Source: Clostridia bacterium (lineage in GTDB: Bacteria; Bacillota; Clostridia; UBA1381). From it: a DNA stretch of 64,000 bases. Shown piece by piece: positions 18,367-28,069 of this stretch (the stretch's first letter is position 1; each line of letters starts with the position of its first letter). The notes under the pieces were generated by a model, which did not search any database, had not been told where the DNA came from, and was given only the letters and a program-made list of their open reading frames with translations. Location of the stretch: contig JAZRHH010000045.1 of the NCBI GenBank assembly GCA_045644665.1, positions 22,003 to 86,002 of the forward strand. The letters are read 5' to 3'. The position numbers and the translations under genes are program-made.

Positions 18367-19140
18367 CTATAAATCAAATGAATTATTAAGTAGCACTCTG
18401 TATTTTCCTTTTTCACTCAAAGGACGCTCAACAAAGGCTGCATACAAATTCTCGTATTCCTTATGCTCCTCTGTAAGATACAGCTTTTCTACAGGATATA
18501 TTTTTGTAAATCCACGCTCTGCACCAATATTCCTGTATCCAATAATTTTGGGCGTGGCAGAAATTTCATCAAACAGGCTTCGCTCTGCTATTATTACAGG
18601 AGCAAGAGTTTCTCTGTCACGAAGTGAATTTCCTGTATCTACTATTGCATCAGTAATTGCCGTTTGACCGTCAATTACAAGTTTTACGCTAAACAGCCGT
18701 TTTTTGTTTGATACGAGATATAAAATAGGCCTTGTAATCACATAAACAAGCAAAATAGGAGTGTAAAAGTATATATCCTCCGGCACAAAAAAAGCTCCGC
18801 CCCTCCCGTTTACAATCCATAACTTATCCGCAGGAATAAGACAAAGCATAAGTGCACAATACAAAAGGCTTATGCAAATACATATTCCAACTCTACGAAC
18901 AATTTCGGCAAATCTGCATTTTCCAAATATAATAGCTATAGTGCCAAAGTATAAGAAAAAATAAATTATCCTGATATATCGGACAAAAAAACATACTACT
19001 GTCAGAGCCGATAAAAGAAGTGAGCCAAAAAATATGTAGGTATTTCGTTTTGGAATTTTAAATATTCTTTTTGCCGTATCAAGACATAAGAAATTAAGTA
19101 TAAAACAGCTAAAAATTGCAATATCAATATAAAAAATCAA
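18367..19140 (-). CDS. spoIIGA: Sigma-E processing peptidase SpoIIGA
   Basis: 257 aa. N-terminal TM helices and the aspartic-protease motif [12 protein letters not shown] start behind AGGTGA. Confidence 0.9.
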   Translation of the reverse strand: MIFYIDIAIFSCFILNFLCLDTAKRIFKIPKRNTYIFFGSLLLSALTVVCFFVRYIRIIYFFLYFGTIAIIFGKCRFAEIVRRVGICICISLLYCALMLCLIPADKLWIVNGRGGAFFVPEDIYFYTPILLVYVITRPILYLVSNKKRLFSVKLVIDGQTAITDAIVDTGNSLRDRETLAPVIIAERSLFDEISATPKIIGYRNIGAERGFTKIYPVEKLYLTEEHKEYENLYAAFVERPLSEKGKYRVLLNNSFDL

Positions 19141-19189
19141 CTTCAGTCACCTCTATAATTACATTATACACAAACCAGGTGTAAAAGGC

Positions 19190-19209
19190 TGTCGAAGGAG
19201 GCTGTCGTA
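19190..19209. promoter_or_regulatory. Two tandem Spo0A-box-like heptamers in the spoIIGA/spo0A divergent region
   Basis: TGTCGAA (19190-19196) and TGTCGTA (19203-19209), compared with the 0A-box consensus TGNCGAA. They lie about 50-70 bp upstream of the spoIIGA start. Confidence 0.45.
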
Positions 19210-19444
19210 AAATGTTTTTCATATTCCATGGTTTTACATAATAAAACAAAAATTTAAAAATTTAAATTTTGACGTATATTTTAGAAAAAAATAGTAATAT
19301 TATATAATTTTACATAATATACATATTTTAGAACTGTAATTTTACATGATTTACGAAAAATTTGTCCTGTTTGACACTCATGTAAAAGCATGGTAATATA
19401 TTTACAAATTGACAATAATTGGTAAAAAGAAAGGAAATGATACT

Positions 19445-20215
19445 ATGACCAAGAAACTAAATATTTTAATTGTAGATGATAATAAAACATTTACAGACAA
19501 GTTGGCAGATTTTCTGTCCGGTGAAACCTATGCATCAAAAATTTATAAAGCTTATGACGGAGAGGAAGCATGGACACTTTTTCAGGCGGTAGACCCTGAT
19601 GTTGTAATACTGGATATTATTATGCCCAAGCTTGACGGAATAGGCCTTTTAAAAAGAGCAGCCGGCAAGAATACAGATTTTAATAAAACAACAATAATTT
19701 GTATGTCCCTCAGCGGAAATGACAAAACCATGGAAACTGTACTTAATATGGGAGCAAAGCATTTTCTCCTTAAACCACAAACACCACAAGCAATATCAGA
19801 TGTAATAAAGGCACTTGCAGGGGATACTCCTCACGAAAAAGAAAATGCACAGGCAATAAAAACCGATGCAGACCTTGAAACAATAGTAACAGATATTATA
19901 CATGACCTGGGTGTACCTGCTCATATAAAGGGGTATCATTATATAAGAACAGCTATAATGATGGTTGTGGAAAATATGGATATGTTAAACTACATTACAA
20001 AAAGATTGTATCCGGAAATTGCAAAGCAGTACCGGACAACATCGAGCCGTGTAGAGCGAGCAATCCGCCATTCTATAGAAGTGGCATGGACAAGAGGACA
20101 TCAGGAAACAATGAACGAGATTTTTGGATATACAATACAAACATATAAAGGAAAGCCAACAAACTCAGAATTTATTGCTATGGTAGCAGACAGAATAAGG
20201 CTTCAAGTAAAATAA
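19445..20215 (+). CDS. spo0A: Sporulation master response regulator Spo0A
   Basis: Receiver domain ([22 protein letters not shown]) plus the Spo0A-specific DNA-binding signature [22 protein letters not shown] at 19445 chosen over the upstream TTG. Confidence 0.95.
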   Translation: MTKKLNILIVDDNKTFTDKLADFLSGETYASKIYKAYDGEEAWTLFQAVDPDVVILDIIMPKLDGIGLLKRAAGKNTDFNKTTIICMSLSGNDKTMETVLNMGAKHFLLKPQTPQAISDVIKALAGDTPHEKENAQAIKTDADLETIVTDIIHDLGVPAHIKGYHYIRTAIMMVVENMDMLNYITKRLYPEIAKQYRTTSSRVERAIRHSIEVAWTRGHQETMNEIFGYTIQTYKGKPTNSEFIAMVADRIRLQVK

Positions 20216-20313
20216 ATATTTTAATTGCACAAATACCGTGCCGGACTTTGTATAAAATGCACTAAACATTTTGAAATAATAGAACATATCTGTTAAATGC
20301 TTCCTGTTTTCTA

Positions 20314-20342
20314 TTGACAAAATAAGGGTAGTGTGATATACT
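20314..20342 (+). promoter_or_regulatory. Near-consensus sigma-A promoter (extended -10)
   Basis: TTGACA (20314-20319), 17-nt spacer, TGATATACT with -10 TATACT (20337-20342). Confidence 0.65.
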
Positions 20343-20349
20343 AAACACA

Positions 20350-20566
20350 CACTAATACCAATAATTTTTATACACAGTGTTTAAAATTTTAAAAAACCTT
20401 GCCCTAATTTGACCGGCACACAAAATGATTATTATCGCAAAGGCTGACACGGTATTGGATGCAAAATTTATATGCCCGTGTAGCTTAAGAGAGTAAAGCA
20501 GGAGTAGTTGTTGTCGGTGCAAATCCGACCGGGGCAAGATTATTTTTTTAAAGTGAGGTAAAACCA
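20350..20566 (+). promoter_or_regulatory. Structured 5' leader of about 215 nt, unknown class
   Basis: No ORF. Long-range pairing CTTGCCC (20398-20404) / GGGCAAG (20532-20538) followed by a T-run. Internal helices GCTGACACGG/CCGTGTAGC and GTCGG/CCGAC. Confidence 0.4.
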
Positions 20567-20842
20567 ATGTACGAAGACAAAACATTAGTATGTAAAGACT
20601 GCGGAGCTGAGTTTGTTTTTACAGCAGGCGAACAGGAATTTTATGCAGAAAAAGGCTTTGAAAACGAGCCAACAAGATGCAAGGAATGTCGTATTGCACG
20701 TAAAAATAGCATAAGACAGGCAAGAGAGATGTATGAAATCACATGTGCATCATGTGGCAAGGTTGATAAAGTTCCTTTCCAGCCAAGAAATGACAAGCCT
20801 GTATATTGCAGTGAATGTTTTGCTAAAATGCAGGAAAACTAA
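20567..20842 (+). CDS. Small double zinc-ribbon protein (CxxC ... CxxC, twice)
   Basis: 91 aa. CKDCG...FTAGEQEFYAEKGF.NEPTRCKECR and CASCG...CSEC. Confidence 0.75.
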   Translation: MYEDKTLVCKDCGAEFVFTAGEQEFYAEKGFENEPTRCKECRIARKNSIRQAREMYEITCASCGKVDKVPFQPRNDKPVYCSECFAKMQEN

Positions 20843-20866
20843 AGATTTTTACATAGAACAAAAAAA

Positions 20867-20895
20867 GTCGCAAGTAAAACTTGCGATTTTTTTTA
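20867..20895. terminator. Bidirectional intrinsic terminator
   Basis: GTCGCAAG-TAAAA-CTTGCGAT followed by TTTTTTT, with an A-run on the other side. Confidence 0.8.
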
Positions 20896-21648
20896 TTCTA
20901 ATTCAGGTGGGACATCCATATCCCTTTCTGTCTTTAAATAAAGAAATATAATTACCAGTACATATATAGTGCCTATAAACGGTGGCAGGAAAAATCCAAA
21001 TGGATTTAAAATAGCACCTGCAACAGTCGGCAGGGTTTTTGCATACATAGCAACCTTTATATGCTCTCCCAAAGGTTTCTTTACCTTTAATATTGCCGCC
21101 ATAACCATGGATATAAGACCGATAAAGAGTCCATTAAACAAATAGGAAATAATAAATGAAATTGCCATAGCAATTGCAAGGGAAGCCTTAAACACGTTCA
21201 TAAACGGTCTTAGCAAATTAAGGTCACTTTTGGAAAACTTAAAAATTTCATTTTCCGTATTAAATTCGTTGTAGGAAAACTCTGCAGTTTCACCCATGTT
21301 CCTTATAATAACAGAATTTGCATCAAATAAAGCTCCGCTTACATTATCACCAAATTCCTCTTGGGTTACTTCTCTTGAGCCGGTTATAAATACCTTTACT
21401 CCCGCAAGCTCAAAGCCAAAATCCTCTGCAATTTCAAGTCCCTCATTTGAGATTGTAAATTCAGGAAGCTCCTCTTTAAAAAACGTTCCAAATGCATTTG
21501 CTATTTTTATAGTAGGAACTATAGCGGCACCAATGCTGCAAATTATAAGAAGCACAGCAAGATAGCCTGCTACTCTCCATCCGCTGTTTTTTGTAAGCTT
21601 TCCATACTTTTTAAAATTTCCTGCTGCAATTAAAAAATCCTTTATCAT
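20893..21648 (-). CDS. Polytopic membrane protein (possibly DUF1189-like)
   Basis: 251 aa with 4-5 hydrophobic helices. Family assignment is from memory of the N-terminal pattern only. Confidence 0.5.
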   Translation of the reverse strand: MIKDFLIAAGNFKKYGKLTKNSGWRVAGYLAVLLIICSIGAAIVPTIKIANAFGTFFKEELPEFTISNEGLEIAEDFGFELAGVKVFITGSREVTQEEFGDNVSGALFDANSVIIRNMGETAEFSYNEFNTENEIFKFSKSDLNLLRPFMNVFKASLAIAMAISFIISYLFNGLFIGLISMVMAAILKVKKPLGEHIKVAMYAKTLPTVAGAILNPFGFFLPPFIGTIYVLVIIFLYLKTERDMDVPPELE

Positions 21649-21653
21649 TTAAT

Positions 21654-22466
21654 TTACCCCACAAATAAGAAATACAGTATTACAAGTATTCCAAGAACAA
21701 TCCTGTACCATCCAAACACCTTAAAATCATGGTTTTTAACGTAGCTCATCAGGAACTTTATAGAAACCATAGATGTTATGTATGCAACAGCCATACCGGT
21801 TATCAATATTATGGCATTTTCCATGCCCATATTAAGTCCGTACTTTAAAACCTTTAAAAAACTCACTCCAAGCATTACAGGAATGGCAAGGAAAAATGAA
21901 AACTCCGCCGCTGCTGCCCTTGAACATCCAACAATCATTGCACCAAGAATTGTGGCACCTGACCTTGACGTGCCCGGAATAATTGAAAGCACCTGAAACA
22001 TACCAATTATAAGAGCTGTTTTATAGGACATCTCGGATATAGAAGCAACCTTTGCGCTCTTTTCTCTTTTTTCTATAAACAAAAACGCTATTCCGTAAAT
22101 AACAAGCATGGCAGACACTACCTGCCAGTTTTCAAAGCGCTCCATTATGGGGTCAAGAACCAGCCCTATCACCGCCGCAGGAATACAGGCTGTGATTATT
22201 TTAAACCACATACTCCATACATCCTTTTTTTCATCGGAAGTTTTTGATGGTGCAAAGGGATTTAGCTTTTTAAAATACAGCGTCACAACAGCAAGTATTG
22301 CACCAAGCTGTATAACATACAGGTAAAGGTCTGACGCAGTAAACCCGTCTTTATTTCCTATAATTTCATTAACAAGTATCATGTGTCCTGTAGAGCTTAT
22401 AGGCAGCCACTCTGTGACACCCTCAACAAGACCCAGGATTATACTTTTCATTAATTCTATAATCAC
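21654..22466 (-). CDS. uppP: Undecaprenyl-diphosphate phosphatase
   Basis: 270 aa. GLVEGVTEWLPISSTGHMIL and PGTSRSGATI motifs. Confidence 0.92.
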   Translation of the reverse strand: MIIELMKSIILGLVEGVTEWLPISSTGHMILVNEIIGNKDGFTASDLYLYVIQLGAILAVVTLYFKKLNPFAPSKTSDEKKDVWSMWFKIITACIPAAVIGLVLDPIMERFENWQVVSAMLVIYGIAFLFIEKREKSAKVASISEMSYKTALIIGMFQVLSIIPGTSRSGATILGAMIVGCSRAAAAEFSFFLAIPVMLGVSFLKVLKYGLNMGMENAIILITGMAVAYITSMVSIKFLMSYVKNHDFKVFGWYRIVLGILVILYFLFVG

Positions 22467-22480
22467 AAAAAGCCTCCGAA

Positions 22481-23107
22481 TTACTCACAAAGAGCTTTCA
22501 TAATAAGATCATGACACATTTCGTTGCCAAGGACAGCTGTATTAAGACACAAATCATAATTTTTCATCTGTCCCCATGTACCGTTTGTATAGTAATCATA
22601 ATAAGAACGTCTTTGCTTTTCTGTCTTTATAACTTTATCCTTTGCCTTTTGCTCAGTAAGACCAAGTCTCTGGGCTACACGCTTAACCTTATAATCCATA
22701 TTTGCATAAAGGAAAACACTAAGATGCGGAATTTCTGCATTCCTTAGAACATAATCTGCGCATCTTCCAACAAATATACATGGACCTTCTTCTGCGTGCT
22801 CTTTAATAATTTCTGATTGTGCAAGGAACAGCTTGTCATTTATGGGAATATCATAATATATAGGTCCTCCAAGAGTACCTACAGAATAGTTGCCCATTGC
22901 AATAGAATACAAAAAGCTGCCTTTTGCATTTTCGTCCATCTTCTTAACTGCTTCTTCGTTAAAATTACCTTTCTTTGCTGCAAGCTCCACAATTTCCTTA
23001 TCATAGAAGTTGTAGCCAAGCTCTTCTGCCAGACGTTTTGCTATATCGTAGCCTCCGCTGCCAAATTCTCTGCCGATAACCAATGATTTCTTTTCCATAA
23101 ATTTCAT
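22481..23107 (-). CDS. Cytidylate kinase-like family protein
   Basis: 208 aa. IGREFGSGGYDIAKRLAEELGYNFYDKEI is typical of the cytidylate-kinase-like (non-Cmk) family. Confidence 0.7.
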   Translation of the reverse strand: MKFMEKKSLVIGREFGSGGYDIAKRLAEELGYNFYDKEIVELAAKKGNFNEEAVKKMDENAKGSFLYSIAMGNYSVGTLGGPIYYDIPINDKLFLAQSEIIKEHAEEGPCIFVGRCADYVLRNAEIPHLSVFLYANMDYKVKRVAQRLGLTEQKAKDKVIKTEKQRRSYYDYYTNGTWGQMKNYDLCLNTAVLGNEMCHDLIMKALCE

Positions 23108-23121
23108 TCCTTTCTTTTATA

Positions 23122-23649
23122 TTATTGTCCAAGGCGTGCTTCCTTAGACATCATTTTCTGGTAAACTTCTTTTTCGGCATTTACCTTTTTTACATACTCC
23201 CTTGTTTCCTTAAATGGTATGTTTTTTAAGGTTTTACCGTCATCAGAATATTTTTTATTTTCAAGCCACTTGTCAACGTTACCCATTCCTCCGTTATATG
23301 CAGCAAGTGCAACGTCAACATTTCCTTCATAATAATCTATAAGATATCTTATGTAATAACAGCCAAGCTCTATATTATCCCTCGGGTTGTTAAGTTCAAT
23401 TTCGTCTGCATCTTTCCCAAGCTGCTGTGCCACCCAGTCCGCCGTGTCGTCTGTAAGCTGCATAAGACCGCTTGCTTTTCCTGAATGTGCATCCTCAATA
23501 AAATTGCTTTCTGCTTTTATTATTGCCATTACCAGGTGTGGATCCAACTCATATTCCTGTGAATATTTTGTTACAATATTCTCATAGTCCAGAGGATATA
23601 AAAGATTTTTACAAGTAACAACTCCAAGTACAGCAGCTGCAACTACCAA
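23122..23649 (-). CDS. Membrane-anchored lytic transglycosylase (SLT domain)
   Basis: Catalytic block AIIKAESNF ... SGKASGLMQL. TTG start. The in-frame upstream codons (KKLVFVA) suggest the TM anchor may begin earlier at a non-canonical start. Confidence 0.75.
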   Translation of the reverse strand: MVVAAAVLGVVTCKNLLYPLDYENIVTKYSQEYELDPHLVMAIIKAESNFIEDAHSGKASGLMQLTDDTADWVAQQLGKDADEIELNNPRDNIELGCYYIRYLIDYYEGNVDVALAAYNGGMGNVDKWLENKKYSDDGKTLKNIPFKETREYVKKVNAEKEVYQKMMSKEARLGQ

Positions 23650-23669
23650 AGCTACAAATACAAGTTTTT

Positions 23670-24293
23670 TTAATGTGCAGCTTTTCTTTTTTCTTCGTCT
23701 ATTCTTAATTGTTCAGCAACCTCCTTTACTTTCTTTTCAAGATCATCCCTGTTACCATTATTATACACTAAATAATCACAATTTTCAATATAAAATTTAT
23801 TTTCTTTTTGAGAGCCTATTCTCGCCCTTGCCGCATCCTCCGAAATTTTGTCTCTTTCCTGTATCCTCCGAAGCCTTGTATCCATGTTTGCAAGTACACC
23901 AATTACTTTACGGCAGCTTTTTGTAACGCCGCTTTCAAAAAGCACAGCGCCGTCAATTCCAATCATACCGGAAGAAGATTTTTCGGCTAAATCAAAAATA
24001 CGCTCAAGTATATAATAATGAGTAATTTCATTTAATCTTTGCAGCTTTTCACCGTCTGTAAAAACAATATCTGCAAGTTTTTTTCTTTGAAGAACGTTAT
24101 CTTTATCTGTAATATCCGCTCCAAATTCTTCTTTCAGCTTTTCAAGGCATTCTTCCCCCGGCATGGTCACCTGCCTTGCAATAATGTCACAGTCTATTAT
24201 TTCAAAGCCAAGAACTTTAAACATTTCGGAAACGGTGGACTTTCCCGAGCCGCTTCCGCCGGTTATTCCAAACAGATATTTATTTTGCATCAT
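23670..24293 (-). CDS. coaE: Dephospho-CoA kinase
   Basis: P-loop GITGGSGSGKST. Start placed at the first of two ATGs behind GGAAAGAG. Overlaps the polA stop by 14 nt. Confidence 0.9.
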   Translation of the reverse strand: MMQNKYLFGITGGSGSGKSTVSEMFKVLGFEIIDCDIIARQVTMPGEECLEKLKEEFGADITDKDNVLQRKKLADIVFTDGEKLQRLNEITHYYILERIFDLAEKSSSGMIGIDGAVLFESGVTKSCRKVIGVLANMDTRLRRIQERDKISEDAARARIGSQKENKFYIENCDYLVYNNGNRDDLEKKVKEVAEQLRIDEEKRKAAH

Positions 24294-26880
24294 ACCAACT
24301 CTTTCCATGTGCCATTTCTACCGCAAGAGGAACAGAAAGCTGTGCCGCATTTTCCATTTCCTCACGGAGCACCTTTTCAGCTTTTGAAATTTCTTCCTCC
24401 GGCACCTCTAAAATAAGCTCGTCATGTACCTGAAGAATAAGCTTCGAGCGTAGTCCCTCCTCTTTAAGCCTTTTGTGAACACGGACCATGGCAATTTTTA
24501 TAATATCCGCCGCTGTTCCCTGTATTGGTGCGTTTGAAGCTGCCCTTTCACCAAAGGAGCGAATGTTAAAGTTTGGCGAGCGAAGCTCCGGTATATAACG
24601 CACTCTTCCGTAAAGAGTACGAACAAATCCCTCTTCCTTTGCTTTTTCCTTTGTTTCCTCCAGATACTCATTCATTCCCGAGTACCGCGCTTTATAGTTT
24701 GTTATATATTTTTTTGCCTCTCCAATTGGAATTTTTAAATCCTGGGCAAGAGAAAACTCTCCCATGCCATACACTATTCCAAAGTTAACTGTCTTTGCAA
24801 AGCTGCGCATTTTTGATGTTACTTCCTCAAGTGGCACATCAAAAACCTGCGCGGCCGTAACTGAATGTATGTCGTCTCCGTTTTTATAAGCCTCTGTCAT
24901 AACCTTGTCGCCTGACAGGTGTGCAAGAATTCGCAGCTCAATCTGTGAATAGTCGGCGTCAAGGAGTACATTCCCCTCTCCTGCTATAAACATTTTTCTT
25001 ATTTCACGTCCAAGAGCTGTTCTTACAGGAATATTTTGAAGATTAGGCTCTGCAGAGCTTAGTCTGCCTGTTACGGTTACAGTTTGGTTGAACATAGAAT
25101 GTATCTTTCCGGTTTCTTTGTCCACCACAGTGCTAAGTCCGTCACAGTATGTGCTCTTTAGCTTTGTAAGCTGCCTGTATTCGAGAATTTTTTCAACAGC
25201 AGGGTGTTTGCCCCTTAGCTTTTCAAGAACCTCTGCACCGGTAGCGTATCCCGTTTTGGTTTTCTTTGCAGGCTTTAGCTCCAGCTTTTCAAAAAGTATT
25301 GGTCCAAGCTGCTTTGGAGAGTTTATATTAAATTCCTCTCCCACAAGAGAATATATCTCCTCCGTCAGCCTCCCAATATCTGCCTCAAGCTTTGCTCCAA
25401 ATTTATCAAGCTCCGCTGTATCAACGGTTATGCCCTCTTTTTCCATATCACCAAGGACAAAAACAAGGGGCATTTCTATCTCGTAAAACAGATTATCAAG
25501 ACCTTTTTCCTTAAGCTCTTTTTCCATAACCTCCCAAATAGGAATTATAGAAAATGCCGTTTTTTCAAGTGTATCGTCTGCGCTTTTTTCATCATCAAAA
25601 AGGCTCATTTGAGTGTTTGTCTCTTTTTCTTCGGGAGGCTCCGCACCTATATAATCCTTAAGCGCTCCAAAAACTGTATATTCGCTCTTTGACGGGTTCA
25701 AAAGGTATGCAGCAATTGCAAGGTCTGCCTTTATATTTGTAAATTCAAGCCTATCCGACAGAGCAACATAATCCTCTTTCATACTAAACATATAGACTTG
25801 CTTGGTATTGTCTTTAAGTACAGATTTTAATACTCTTTCGCTTTCTCCGCCGTACACAGAATATACTGCCCGTCCGTCAGAAAAAGCTGCTGCCTCAACA
25901 TCTTTTCCGGTTCTTTTTATAACACAGGAGATTTTGTTCCCAAGGCCTTCTATGCTTTTTGCAGCTTTTTGATTTTCAAAAAAGTTTGTGACAGTTTTTT
26001 TCACTCCCCCAAGCTTTTTAATAAAGGAGTTAAGCTCTAATCTTTCGAGCAGCTTTATAAATTCTTCCCTCTTTGATAGCTCATCTTCTGAAAAAGAACA
26101 GCTGCTTAAGTCAAATTCAATTGGCACACTTCGGCAAATTCTCGCAAGTTCTTTGCTAAGCTTTGCACTTTCCTCTCCGTCTTTTAGCTTTTGAAGGGTT
26201 GCACCCTTTACTCCGGAGCTTTCTATATTTTCATAAAGTGCTTCAATTGAGTGGTGCTCTGCAATTAGCTTTGTGGCAGTTTTTTCACCAATTCCCGCAA
26301 CTCCCGGTATATTATCCGAGGGGTCTCCCATAAGCGCCTTCACATCAATAAACTCTGTTGGTGTTACATTATATTTATCTTTTACTTCCTTTATTCCATA
26401 GCAAACAGTCTCACTTTTTCCCATACGTGAAACGGTCAAAATAACATTTGTATTGTCAGAAACAAGCTGCAAATCGTCCTTGTCCCCTGTTGCAATAAGG
26501 CATTTTATATTTTCCCTGTCGCAAATTGCAGAAACAGTTCCTATAATATCGTCTGCCTCATATCCCTCAATTTCAAGAACAGGTACACCCATAGCCGACA
26601 AAATTTCGCGTGCATATGGCATTTGCACCTTTAAATCATCAGGCATGGGACGTCTGCCTGCCTTATACTCTCCGTACATTTTATGGCGGAAGGTAGGAGC
26701 CTTAAGGTCAAAAGCACCACATATAAAATCAGGCTTTTCCTCGTTTATCAGCTTAAATAAAATATTTAAAAATCCGTATATTGCATTAGTGGGGGTTCCG
26801 TCAGAAGCTGAAAGAAATCTTATTCCGTAGTACGCCCTGTTTAATATACTGTTAGAGTCTAATATAAGCAGCTTTTTCAT
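24280..26880 (-). CDS. polA: DNA polymerase I
   Basis: 866 aa. 5' nuclease domain and the family A polymerase motifs DYSQIELR, RSFAKTVNFGIVYG and QVHDEL. Confidence 0.95.
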   Translation of the reverse strand: MKKLLILDSNSILNRAYYGIRFLSASDGTPTNAIYGFLNILFKLINEEKPDFICGAFDLKAPTFRHKMYGEYKAGRRPMPDDLKVQMPYAREILSAMGVPVLEIEGYEADDIIGTVSAICDRENIKCLIATGDKDDLQLVSDNTNVILTVSRMGKSETVCYGIKEVKDKYNVTPTEFIDVKALMGDPSDNIPGVAGIGEKTATKLIAEHHSIEALYENIESSGVKGATLQKLKDGEESAKLSKELARICRSVPIEFDLSSCSFSEDELSKREEFIKLLERLELNSFIKKLGGVKKTVTNFFENQKAAKSIEGLGNKISCVIKRTGKDVEAAAFSDGRAVYSVYGGESERVLKSVLKDNTKQVYMFSMKEDYVALSDRLEFTNIKADLAIAAYLLNPSKSEYTVFGALKDYIGAEPPEEKETNTQMSLFDDEKSADDTLEKTAFSIIPIWEVMEKELKEKGLDNLFYEIEMPLVFVLGDMEKEGITVDTAELDKFGAKLEADIGRLTEEIYSLVGEEFNINSPKQLGPILFEKLELKPAKKTKTGYATGAEVLEKLRGKHPAVEKILEYRQLTKLKSTYCDGLSTVVDKETGKIHSMFNQTVTVTGRLSSAEPNLQNIPVRTALGREIRKMFIAGEGNVLLDADYSQIELRILAHLSGDKVMTEAYKNGDDIHSVTAAQVFDVPLEEVTSKMRSFAKTVNFGIVYGMGEFSLAQDLKIPIGEAKKYITNYKARYSGMNEYLEETKEKAKEEGFVRTLYGRVRYIPELRSPNFNIRSFGERAASNAPIQGTAADIIKIAMVRVHKRLKEEGLRSKLILQVHDELILEVPEEEISKAEKVLREEMENAAQLSVPLAVEMAHGKSWYDAK

Positions 26881-26897
26881 AATACATAAGCCTTTCC

Positions 26898-27572
26898 TTA
26901 AATATTTTCTATCTGCCAGTCAATTGGCTCTTTACCCATTTCCTTTAAAAGCTCGTTTGTCTTTGCAAAATGTCCGCAGCCGAAAAATCCACGACTGGCA
27001 GAGAGAGGACTTGGATGAACAGTTGTAAGAATGTGGTGGCAGGGGTTTTTTATAAGCCGCGCCTTTTCCTTAGCATTATTCCCCCAAAGGAGAAAAATAA
27101 CCGGCTCCGTACGTGCATTAAGCTTTTCAATTACGCAGTCTGTAAAAATTTCCCAACCCTTGCCCCTGTGTGAATTTGCCATACCGTCACGAACAGTAAG
27201 GGCAGCGTTTAAAAGCAGCACTCCCTGCTTTGCCCACTTTTCCAAAAACCCGTTGTTTGGTATGTAGCATCCAAGCTCGTGATTAAGCTCCTTGTACATA
27301 TTAAGAAGCGAGGGGGGTATGGGTACCGACTTTTGCACAGAAAATGCAAGTCCGTGTGCCTGATTTTCCCCGTGGTATGGGTCCTGTCCTATAATAACCG
27401 CCTTTGTGCCTGAATATGACGTCAGCTTAAGGGCATTGAAAATATCGTGCATAGATGGGTGAATAATATGGTTTTTGTACTCCGATTTTAAAAATGTGCG
27501 AAGAGTTTTGTAGTATTCTTTGTCAAACTCACCGTCAAGTATCTTGTCCCAGTCATTTCCAATGTTAACCAT
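26898..27572 (-). CDS. ung: Uracil-DNA glycosylase
   Basis: GQDPYHG water-activating loop and HPSPLSA leucine-intercalation loop. AAGGAGG lies 8 nt upstream of the ATG at 27572. Confidence 0.92.
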   Translation of the reverse strand: MVNIGNDWDKILDGEFDKEYYKTLRTFLKSEYKNHIIHPSMHDIFNALKLTSYSGTKAVIIGQDPYHGENQAHGLAFSVQKSVPIPPSLLNMYKELNHELGCYIPNNGFLEKWAKQGVLLLNAALTVRDGMANSHRGKGWEIFTDCVIEKLNARTEPVIFLLWGNNAKEKARLIKNPCHHILTTVHPSPLSASRGFFGCGHFAKTNELLKEMGKEPIDWQIENI

Positions 27573-27630
27573 ATTTTCCGCCTCCTTGCTAATTACAGTA
27601 ATTTTATCACAAATTCCATAGTCTGTCAAA

Positions 27631-27664
27631 TTTTAAAGGAGGTGTTGCCAAAGGCAACACCTCC
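27631..27664 (-). terminator. Intrinsic terminator of the small Cys-rich gene
   Basis: 12-bp perfect stem GGAGGTGTTGCC / GGCAACACCTCC with a 3-nt loop, followed by a T-rich tract on the minus strand. Confidence 0.7.
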
Positions 27665-27674
27665 GTAGCCACTA

Positions 27675-27824
27675 TTAGCAGCAGTCATTACGTGACTCAC
27701 GACACTCACAGCAGTTGTTACCGCCGAAAAGATTACTATCACCGCATGAAAAAACGAGAACAATAATAATTAATACCCAGATCCACTGGTCATTATTGTT
27801 TCCGCAACCTCCGAAAAGTCCCAC
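27675..27824 (-). CDS. Tiny Gly/Cys-rich single-TM protein (49 aa), absent from the ORF track
   Basis: AAGGAG lies 8 nt upstream of the GTG at 27824. It reads MGLFGGCGNNNDQWIWVLIIIVLVFSCGDSNLFGGNNCCECRESRNDCC. Bracketed by a terminator and a CATAGTATA element. Confidence 0.55.
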   Translation of the reverse strand: MGLFGGCGNNNDQWIWVLIIIVLVFSCGDSNLFGGNNCCECRESRNDCC

Positions 27825-28069
27825 TATTATCACTCCTTACGAGAAAGTCATGAGAAAGCGGCTTGCCGCCTCTCACTACTGTATACTATGCAGCGTAAAA
27901 TGATAAGGTGCACAGCAAAGATTTCATTTTCAAATTAAAATTTATTTAAAAGGAATTTTACAGCCCTCAGCACTTGACAAATCGCTGTATTTTGTATAAA
28001 ATAATATAGAACAATCGAGTGAATTTTTACCATTGTTATATTGGCATATATGAGGAAAAGAGGAAACAT

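Noticed and set aside
27715-27903. 62-aa plus-strand ORF.
   Set aside because: It has no RBS. The opposite strand encodes a compact RBS-ORF-terminator unit.
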